Positions 27,491-34,365 of a stretch of DNA of 34,365 bases are shown here, piece by piece. The stretch's first letter is position 1, and every line of letters starts with the position of its first letter. Under the pieces are notes generated by a model that was given only the letters and a program-made list of their open reading frames with translations, made no database searches and was not told the DNA's origin. Position numbers and translations under genes: made by a program. This stretch comes from Candidatus Helarchaeota archaeon (GTDB taxonomy: Archaea; Asgardarchaeota; Lokiarchaeia; Helarchaeales; RDOG01). The stretch is taken from assembly GCA_029838215.1 (NCBI GenBank), contig JALGVI010000032.1:1-34365 (forward strand). Direction: 5' to 3'.

Positions 27491-29407
27491 TCACATCTTT
27501 TCAGGTGTATTGATTCCCATTATTTGATTTAAACCAATTCGAAATACGATATTCACGCATTTCACGAGTGCTAAACGAGCGGCTCGGACATCTTCGGGAG
27601 CCTTTAGCACTTGACAGGTACGATAAAAATCGGAAAATTTATCTGCAAGTAACAATAAATATTCGGCTATTAAGTGAATGCTGAATGTCCTTTTAATTTC
27701 ATTTATTACTTCAGGAAACCGTGCAAGATGTAATATTAACGCTCTCTCTGCTGGCTGACCAAGTTTCTCTAAATTTTTTGGAACGATCTCTTCAGAAACC
27801 TTCTCCAAAATACCCCGAGTCCGCACGAACGCATATTGAATGTAAGGGCAGCTATTTCCTTCAAAATTGAGAACTTCATCCCACTTTAATATGATTTTCC
27901 GGTCCGTTTTGAATTTTGCAAGGTAATATTTGATTGCACCAACCCCAATCTTTTCTGCCAATTCTCGCTTGTAATCATCCGAAAAATCATCGTGCCTCTT
28001 GCTTACTTCATCATATGCAAGAGAGACGGCTTTATCGAGTGCCGCATCAGCATGAAATCCAATCCAAGTCCCTTTTCTGCCGGAAAATTTTTGATCGGGC
28101 AACCAAACATGTTCGAATTTTAAATGATGAGAATTTTGAAATTCTTTTTCGAATCCCAGAACTTTTAAGGCGTGAAACACGACCTGTTGCGGAAAATCTT
28201 GTTCCACCCCTATGACGTTAATGGCCTTGTCCGCAAAACCAAAACAGTCTCGAGGAATGCCCCCAGCACAAGTTTCCCAAAGCTCTTGCTCATTTGGTTG
28301 AATGGTTTTCAATCGATATGAGAATTGAGTCTTCGCAAGTCCGAGCTTAAAAAAATGAAACCCGATATCCCTACCCGTGTATGTTGTGACACCATTCGAG
28401 CGCACGATGATTTTATACGGCTTTTCTTGATTGGCAAACCGCTTTCCATATTCTCCCATGTTAACAACAATACAACCCTTATCAGGTCCTTCTGTGATCT
28501 TATAAACATTATTTGATTTAATAATTTGGTCTAAAACTTCATCGAAAAGACCACTCCGGATGATGTCACTTTCCCAAATTAATAGATTATAAAAAATATT
28601 CATTCTCCAAGCGGTTTCAAGTTGTCCCAGCACGGCGTTTTCAACAATATTTTGGGCTATACTTGCTTCCGGATCAATCTTTTCTTCCATCTTACGAATT
28701 ATTTCCTTAATTTCTTCTTCTTTCTCGGGGGTTTCTTCCAATTCCTTTGAGGCATCAACATATAACTTCCCAATCGTGAAGTCAATCTTTTCATCTTCCT
28801 TTGAAAGAACAAATTCCTTATTTGGAAGCGTTTTCCAAACCAATACGGCAATTTGGCGTCCAAGATCATCCATGTAATTCTCAACTTCTACATCATACCC
28901 ACAAAATCGAAAGACTCTACTGATCAAGTCACCAATTACAGCACATCGCATGGTTCCCATGTGAATTGGCTTATTAGGATTTGCAGATGTATGTTCAACT
29001 ATGACTTTCTTATTTTTTCCTTCCCACGTTCGTCCATAATCATTTTGATTCTCGAGAATCTCCTTGAAAACATCTGAAGCGAATCTTTCCCAATTCAGAA
29101 AATAGTTAATGTAGCCGTTACGTGCAATTTCGATCCTGCCAAGATAAGAAGCCGAATCGAGATTAAATTGTTTTTTAATGTCTTCTGCAATCTTTAAAGG
29201 TGCTTGCTTCATCTTTTTTGCAAGTGAAAATGCAACAGGAGAAGAAAAATCCCCAAGAGCCAAATCTGGCGTGGGAATGATGATTTTATTGACATTCATT
29301 TCATCGATAAAAGTAGAAACAGAACCCAATGCTGTTTTAAGCTTTGATAGTATCTCTTGTTTCACCCGTTCAATGGCATATTTCATCATGTCTTGCATCG
29401 CTCTCAT
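27491..29407 (-). CDS. argS: Arginine--tRNA ligase
   Basis: GDFSSPVAF, ARNGYINYF, EHTSANPNKPIHMG (HIGH-like), FSGRKG (KMSKS-like), FEGNSCPYIQYA, DALR tail. ATGA overlap with the upstream stop. Confidence 0.97.
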   Translation of the reverse strand: MRAMQDMMKYAIERVKQEILSKLKTALGSVSTFIDEMNVNKIIIPTPDLALGDFSSPVAFSLAKKMKQAPLKIAEDIKKQFNLDSASYLGRIEIARNGYINYFLNWERFASDVFKEILENQNDYGRTWEGKNKKVIVEHTSANPNKPIHMGTMRCAVIGDLISRVFRFCGYDVEVENYMDDLGRQIAVLVWKTLPNKEFVLSKEDEKIDFTIGKLYVDASKELEETPEKEEEIKEIIRKMEEKIDPEASIAQNIVENAVLGQLETAWRMNIFYNLLIWESDIIRSGLFDEVLDQIIKSNNVYKITEGPDKGCIVVNMGEYGKRFANQEKPYKIIVRSNGVTTYTGRDIGFHFFKLGLAKTQFSYRLKTIQPNEQELWETCAGGIPRDCFGFADKAINVIGVEQDFPQQVVFHALKVLGFEKEFQNSHHLKFEHVWLPDQKFSGRKGTWIGFHADAALDKAVSLAYDEVSKRHDDFSDDYKRELAEKIGVGAIKYYLAKFKTDRKIILKWDEVLNFEGNSCPYIQYAFVRTRGILEKVSEEIVPKNLEKLGQPAERALILHLARFPEVINEIKRTFSIHLIAEYLLLLADKFSDFYRTCQVLKAPEDVRAARLALVKCVNIVFRIGLNQIMGINTPEKM

Positions 29408-30249
29408 AATGTGATGAATTTCAGTCCTAAATTCTCATCAATCGTGAGAAATTGTGGAACTATTCCATACGTTATTGAACTAAATATTGAAACTAATTTT
29501 TGTTTAAAAAAGAATTTCGGTCGATCAAATGCTTCATGACTTCGCACGCAAAGATCAATTTGATTTACAGTCATGAACTCATCAAATACATCCCGTCCAA
29601 AGAAATAACCAATACCTCTAACTGACTGTGTGAACGTCCCCAGCGATTCCTTTGGATCGTTCCATTCTATTTGATCAAGAATGCCATTAACAAATATGTC
29701 CTTGATTCCTTTTGGAATTTTTTTGATCTCTTTTAAGGTAATGGTACGAGCGCCCGCGGGATCAATTGGAATTCCTCCGTGTAATAACAAAACGTTTGGT
29801 TTTCTAATCCGTAAAGCAACAGGCATTTCCGAAAAAACATCTTCATACAGGTCATAAACAGAAGTGTCGTTATCAAACAAAGTTTTTACCACGTTAAAAA
29901 AACCATAACTCTCATTCATTTCCCTCCATTCATGATTACCGCGCAGGAGAATCAATTTGTCAGGATATTCACGTTTTTTTTGAAATAAAAAATTCACGTT
30001 TTCAATCTGTCGTGGTCCACGATCTACATAATCACCCAGCGCTACGATTAGTAAATCTTCTTTTTTTAGAAAACGGTCCAAGATTTTCCTTGATACTTCA
30101 TAGTCACCATGAGTATCTCCCATAATCAGTACATTTTTTACGGAATCCAACTCAATTAGACTAGGCTCACGCCTAAATTCATTGACAACTTGAAGGGATT
30201 CATTCACGTCAAGAAGTTTCTTTCGCTCCACGTCGTTCATCGTCAGCAT
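29404..30249 (-). CDS. PPP-family Ser/Thr protein phosphatase (PP1/PP2A-like)
   Basis: GDTHGD, GDYVDRG, RGNHE, HGG, WNDP, FFG, VRSHE. Confidence 0.92.
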   Translation of the reverse strand: MLTMNDVERKKLLDVNESLQVVNEFRREPSLIELDSVKNVLIMGDTHGDYEVSRKILDRFLKKEDLLIVALGDYVDRGPRQIENVNFLFQKKREYPDKLILLRGNHEWREMNESYGFFNVVKTLFDNDTSVYDLYEDVFSEMPVALRIRKPNVLLLHGGIPIDPAGARTITLKEIKKIPKGIKDIFVNGILDQIEWNDPKESLGTFTQSVRGIGYFFGRDVFDEFMTVNQIDLCVRSHEAFDRPKFFFKQKLVSIFSSITYGIVPQFLTIDENLGLKFITL

Positions 30250-30262
30250 TTTCCAAGCTTAA

Positions 30263-31450
30263 CTAAATTCTATCTTCAATTAATTCTATGAGGTCCATTA
30301 CTTTTAATGACAATCCTTCTTTTTCAACAGCATCTTTCAAATTTCTCTTGCAAAAAGGACAGGTTGTTACCAAAACTTGCGCTTCCGTATCAAGGGCTTC
30401 GCTAATTCTCGAACTTGCAATTCGAATTGCCAAATCAGGATAAGCTGACTTTAGTCCCCCACCAGCACCACAACAAATCGATCCAAACTTAGTAGATCTC
30501 ATTTCAACAAGCTCGATCTGGGGAATGGACTTCAAAATACTCCGAGGACGCTCATAATTACTTTTTAAGGTGTTCCTCTTTGTGGAATGACAGGGATCAT
30601 GATACGTTACTTTTAAAGGAGTAAGATCTGAAAATCGAATTTTTCCGTTTTTTATCAAGTCTTCAAGTAATTCCAGATAATTTATAACCTTAAAATCAGG
30701 ATTAAAACGTGCATAATCATTTTCAAACGTTGCCTGACAACCAGGACAAGTAAACACGATCTTTTTAATGCCGAGCTTTTTGATTTTATTTATATTCTGT
30801 AGTGCTAACTTTTCAGCTTCCGAGATCTGTCCGGTTCTAAAAAGAGGACTCCCACAGCAATACTCATCACTTAAAAAAGTAAAATCCACATCATTCTCAA
30901 CCAATATCCGCGTGAAAGCTCGAGCAATCTCACTTGTTCGATATGCTGAAGTGCAACCCACAAAATATCCGAGTTCACTAAATTTATCGAAATTTTCTCT
31001 TGCAACATCACGCAAGAACTCGAATCTTTGATCTTCAGGTTCGTCATATGGATTTCTATTGTCCAAGGCATGTTTACTTAATGCCACGTGAACAGGAAGA
31101 CCTAATTCGTTATCCTGTAAATCGTTTCTAAAGATTTCGAAAATTTTTACGGTTTCAATTCCTGAGGGACAATGAGTTTCACAATTACCGCAAGTCGTGC
31201 AAGTAAAGAAAATTTCCGCCAAACGTGGCGTGAGCCTTAAATCTTTCTCGAGAACGCCTCTTAGCATTATCATCTTGCCTTTTGCAATAAATGATTCAAA
31301 ACCAGGAGTGTTTTCTCGGATTGGGCAGATAGAATGAGTATTATCTGTTTCACGGACCATTTCACGGCAATAGCTACAACGTGAGCAGGTGTAGATCTCT
31401 TCTTTAAACTCGAAAATTTTTAATTCTTTGATATTGTCCATGAATCCCAC
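30263..31450 (-). CDS. Fe-S oxidoreductase, GlcF/HdrD-like (2x4Fe-4S plus two CCG domains)
   Basis: CSRCSYC..CP, CTTCGNCETHCP, VGC..CCG..CPGC, HDPCH..CCGAGG..CPFC. Confidence 0.92.
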   Translation of the reverse strand: MGFMDNIKELKIFEFKEEIYTCSRCSYCREMVRETDNTHSICPIRENTPGFESFIAKGKMIMLRGVLEKDLRLTPRLAEIFFTCTTCGNCETHCPSGIETVKIFEIFRNDLQDNELGLPVHVALSKHALDNRNPYDEPEDQRFEFLRDVARENFDKFSELGYFVGCTSAYRTSEIARAFTRILVENDVDFTFLSDEYCCGSPLFRTGQISEAEKLALQNINKIKKLGIKKIVFTCPGCQATFENDYARFNPDFKVINYLELLEDLIKNGKIRFSDLTPLKVTYHDPCHSTKRNTLKSNYERPRSILKSIPQIELVEMRSTKFGSICCGAGGGLKSAYPDLAIRIASSRISEALDTEAQVLVTTCPFCKRNLKDAVEKEGLSLKVMDLIELIEDRI

Positions 31451-31452
31451 AC

Positions 31453-32693
31453 CTAACTTAGTTTTAAGAGACCACGATTCAAGATATTATTCGGATCAAG
31501 AGATTTTTTCAAATTTTTCATGAATTCAAAATAATTTTCACGATAGTGGTCTGCAATTCATATGCTTCTTTATTGCCTACGGGAATCGCAAAAGTCGGGA
31601 GGACGTCGATCGCGTTTTGACTGATAAAAGCATACCAAGCAGGCAGTACTTCGTGCTTTTGAATTCCTACAGCATGTTCTTTTAAAACATTCTGGAAAAA
31701 ATCAAAGAAACTTTTCGTTCTTTTGATCGGTAATTTATTACACGAAGCTCCAAAATTGCCCATTCGACCTGCAATCGGAAAAAAGTCATAGATTTGCTCA
31801 TCTAAAATCATTCTTGCAAAAGATTCATTAGTTTTTCTTCCACCGTGTTTCTCGTTTATTTTATCAAGTAACTCAACTTCCGCATCCACCAATTTTTCGG
31901 TAGGTCCTTCAACCTTGCCATAAAGTGGAAACGAAAGATCCGAAGCAAGCCGATAACTTGCCATCTCGTGAAGGCAACCGAGCAAATTATCAAGATTTTT
32001 ATAGCCGTATTGAATGAATCTCGTTACTTCAGGAGCGGGATATAGCTTGAATGAAACCTGTGTTTTGATTCCAAAAATTCCATTATCACCACAAAAAATT
32101 CCCGATGAATCAGGCCCAATGCCATAACGACAATGTCGAAACGCGCGCTTCAAAGCAGAAGAACCGGTGCGGATGATCTCTCCTGTCGGAATTACCACTT
32201 CCAATCCTAATAGGATATCACATGCCGAGCCATACTTTGCAGATCCATACATCACCGATGCCACAGATACGGCACCTCCAATAGTGCTTGAACGTCCGGG
32301 TCCAGGACCTACAAAACCGGTATACCAACCTCGTTTGTTTAATTCGCTTTCTAACTTGCTCCAAGTTATTCCTGCTTCGGCAGTTACGGACATCGAATCC
32401 TCATCAATTTCAAGGATTTCATTCATTCTTGTTAAATCTAGCAAGATGCCTCCGGGACTTAAAGGAACACCCATCATTACAAGAGAAGTCGCCGCGCCTC
32501 GAGGCCATATAGGCGTTTTCGTTTGATTGGCGGCTTTCACGATTTCAGCTACTTCTTCGGTAGTCCGCGGACGAACCACCATTTCTGCCAAATGACCCTT
32601 CTCAGGAGATGTATCCATTGAATATGCATATAAAGTTTCGACATCCGTCGCCACATAATCCGGACCGACAATCATAATTATTTCATCGAGCAT
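31453..32693 (-). pseudogene. FAD-binding oxidoreductase (GlcD/D-lactate dehydrogenase family), reading frame broken near 31557
   Basis: VVRP, PRGAATS, AEAG, STIGG, LEVVIPTGEII, GIFGI in the main frame (stop at 31518). The conserved terminus LKKSLDPNNILNRG is in another frame (31557-31453). Confidence 0.7.
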
Positions 32694-32825
32694 TTCTCAC
32701 AGGACCTCTATCATTCTTCAAAGAAACATGAAATTCAATCATTTATTGCAAATTGCCATCTTTCCTTGAATAAATTGATGGAAAAGTATAAAATTTTTGT
32801 TAAAAATTAATATCAAAAATCGATC

Positions 32826-33566
32826 GTGGTTAGGATGGAGAAATCGAATTTAAAAATAGCAAGCATACCAATGCAAGCACCATTATATGGAGCACCACCT
32901 TATATTTATCCCAGTGCAGAGTTAATTCAGGTAGTATTCAACGTGAACAGAAACGAAATTGAAAGCATCGTTCCAAATCCGTTGAAAATCGCAAGATCTC
33001 CAATGATAATGGCTTACGTGGCTTTTTTTCAAGATAGCACGGTTGGACCATATCACGAAGCCGCGGCATTTGTAGACGTCAAATTAAAAACGGAAAAAAT
33101 AAAGATAAGGGGTTGGTTTTGCACGAACATGTTTGTTGATTCTGACAGGGCCTTGACGGCAGGTCGAGAGATCTGGGGATTTCCGAAAAAATTGGCGGAA
33201 ATGTCCATCCGTGATAAAGACGGGTGCAAGATCGGTTTATTGAAACGAAATGGAAAAGAATTAATGAAAATTCAAGTCAAGCTCGAACACGAATTTGACG
33301 AACTTCCAATGGAAGCCTTCAACAACGTCATTAATTTAAAGCAAATTTTATCTCCAGATGGAAATTCTCTTGAATTATCAGAATTTGTCCTTTCGAGCAT
33401 GGAAATTAAACCAAAAAGAATGATGGGCGGTTCGGCTTCAATAGAATTCAATTGGTCAGAAGAAGATCCCCTCTATCTATTCGAACCAAAAACAAAACAA
33501 ACAGGTTTGCACGTGTTAGCTGACGGAATCCTGACAGCAGGAAGAGTCATTCACAAAAGAAAATGA
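32826..33566 (+). CDS. Acetoacetate decarboxylase family protein
   Basis: PLYGAPPY, VGPYHEAA and GREIWGFPKKLA (Schiff-base Lys motif of the ADC family). Confidence 0.88.
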   Translation: MVRMEKSNLKIASIPMQAPLYGAPPYIYPSAELIQVVFNVNRNEIESIVPNPLKIARSPMIMAYVAFFQDSTVGPYHEAAAFVDVKLKTEKIKIRGWFCTNMFVDSDRALTAGREIWGFPKKLAEMSIRDKDGCKIGLLKRNGKELMKIQVKLEHEFDELPMEAFNNVINLKQILSPDGNSLELSEFVLSSMEIKPKRMMGGSASIEFNWSEEDPLYLFEPKTKQTGLHVLADGILTAGRVIHKRK

Positions 33567-33571
33567 AATTT

Positions 33572-34189
33572 TTAATTAGATTTGATGAGTTCAAATCCCT
33601 TTTTAGTTATGGTTGCAATTTGAAGTGGACCGCCACTTGCAGTATCCCGTTTTCTTGCGGCATCAACGGCGGCTCTAACCAACTGAATGCCTTCTTCTAC
33701 CGTCATGTTAGGATGATATCGGTTTTCTAGAACACCAATGCCTACAACGCTTCCCGAGCCAACACTCGCAAATTTTTTCTCCTCCAATATCGAGCCAAAT
33801 GGGTCTAATGTATATAAATGAGGTCCAAAACGATCATATCCTCCCACGAGAAGCATGCTCAAATAAGGGAACATCCGGTTCTGGAAAAGAAGAACTGCGA
33901 CAAGCTGAACTGCAGATTTTACATCGATTTCTTTATTTAACTCTAATTTACGAATCCGAAGCAACGCTTGAAGCGTCCTCACGATCTGCTGACAATCTGC
34001 AACACCACCAGAAATTGTCATCCCAAGATTATCAAGTACCTTGAATAATTTAGTTGCTTCTTTGGATGCTACATAATAGCCCATCGTAGCTTGTGATTCA
34101 GTCGCAAGCACAACTCCATCCTTGCAAATAACACCCATGGTTGTAGTGCCTGTCTTTAAAAGCGTATCTTTCAGTTCCATTCTCATCAC
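33572..34189 (-). CDS. psmB: 20S proteasome beta subunit, canonical
   Basis: Short propeptide ending KTG/TTTMG, then ATESQAT, TKLF, SGGVAD, SVGSGS, RDTASGG. All catalytic positions are canonical. Confidence 0.96.
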   Translation of the reverse strand: MMRMELKDTLLKTGTTTMGVICKDGVVLATESQATMGYYVASKEATKLFKVLDNLGMTISGGVADCQQIVRTLQALLRIRKLELNKEIDVKSAVQLVAVLLFQNRMFPYLSMLLVGGYDRFGPHLYTLDPFGSILEEKKFASVGSGSVVGIGVLENRYHPNMTVEEGIQLVRAAVDAARKRDTASGGPLQIATITKKGFELIKSN

Positions 34190-34265
34190 GCATTATTTAT
34201 AATCTATTACACCGATCTTTTTTCTTTGGACAAACTTGGACAACATCGGTTAAGAATGTTTCCTA

Positions 34266-34335
34266 GCGTCTTCGTGGGGCGGATCGGCACGCCCCGGGCG
34301 TGCTGGTGAGTGTCAGGTGACTTCACGGAGCACGC
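34266..34335 (+). ncRNA. Candidate structured RNA element (leader or small RNA), family unknown
   Basis: 49 of 70 nt are G/C in an AT-rich window. A 14-bp outer stem and an 8-bp inner hairpin include four G-U pairs that favour the + strand. Confidence 0.55.
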
Positions 34336-34365
34336 GATAATAATGGTATTTCAATGCGATGTTTC

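Noticed and set aside
1779-34044. The many 60-147 aa ORFs nested in or antisense to the long genes (e.g. 23341-23784, 32167-32526, 7930-8244)
   Set aside because: They are shadow frames of well-supported genes, with no motifs and no independent evidence.
1-34365. CRISPR array, transposase/IS, integrase, tRNA or rRNA genes
   Set aside because: No regularly spaced repeat-spacer pattern, DDE/HUH/tyrosine recombinase motifs, cloverleaf with T-loop, or rRNA signatures were seen.
34247-34365. Selenoprotein read-through (minus-strand TGA at 34313-34315) or SECIS interpretation of the GC-rich element
   Set aside because: The peptide around the TGA resembles no selenoprotein I recognise. The UGA/GA geometry is the wrong way round for a SECIS, and the G-U pairs favour the opposite strand.

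Overview
AT-rich, gene-dense archaeal chromosome segment. An Asgard (Loki/Hel-like) origin is inferred from an eL13 gene, a longin-like protein, a tandem PCI-type winged-helix protein, a eukaryote-type PPP phosphatase and Hdr/Hyp genes. No CRISPR array, tRNA, rRNA or transposase was seen. Left to right: hdrC(partial)-hdrB; a proteostasis block (ArsR/HSR1-like regulator, cdc48, DUF1015, PAC2 chaperone, a hypothetical, an eL13 fused to four HhH modules, then a convergent divergent proteasome beta-alpha pair); two 4Fe-4S proteins; a six-hairpin glycosidase; wHTH and beta-propeller proteins; a GltD-like oxidoreductase; a scattered hydrogenase maturation set (hycI, hypD, hypF, hypE, hypC) interrupted by a longin-like + TPR-like pair; a minus-strand run (FAD oxidase with a broken reading frame, CCG Fe-S protein, PPP phosphatase, argS, 7x winged-helix protein, MBL hydrolase, Nudix); an acetoacetate decarboxylase family gene; a second, canonical proteasome beta; and a 70% GC structured element at the right edge. 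Best leads: (1) a possible second, non-canonical 20S module (beta with Leu at -1 and Asn/Thr at the Asp166/Ser169 positions) near Cdc48 and PAC2, (2) the eL13-(HhH)x4 fusion, (3) the UFL1/DDRGK1/PCI-like tandem WH protein, (4) the candidate kink-turn-containing RNA leader. All family assignments come from motif recognition by eye; no database search was run.
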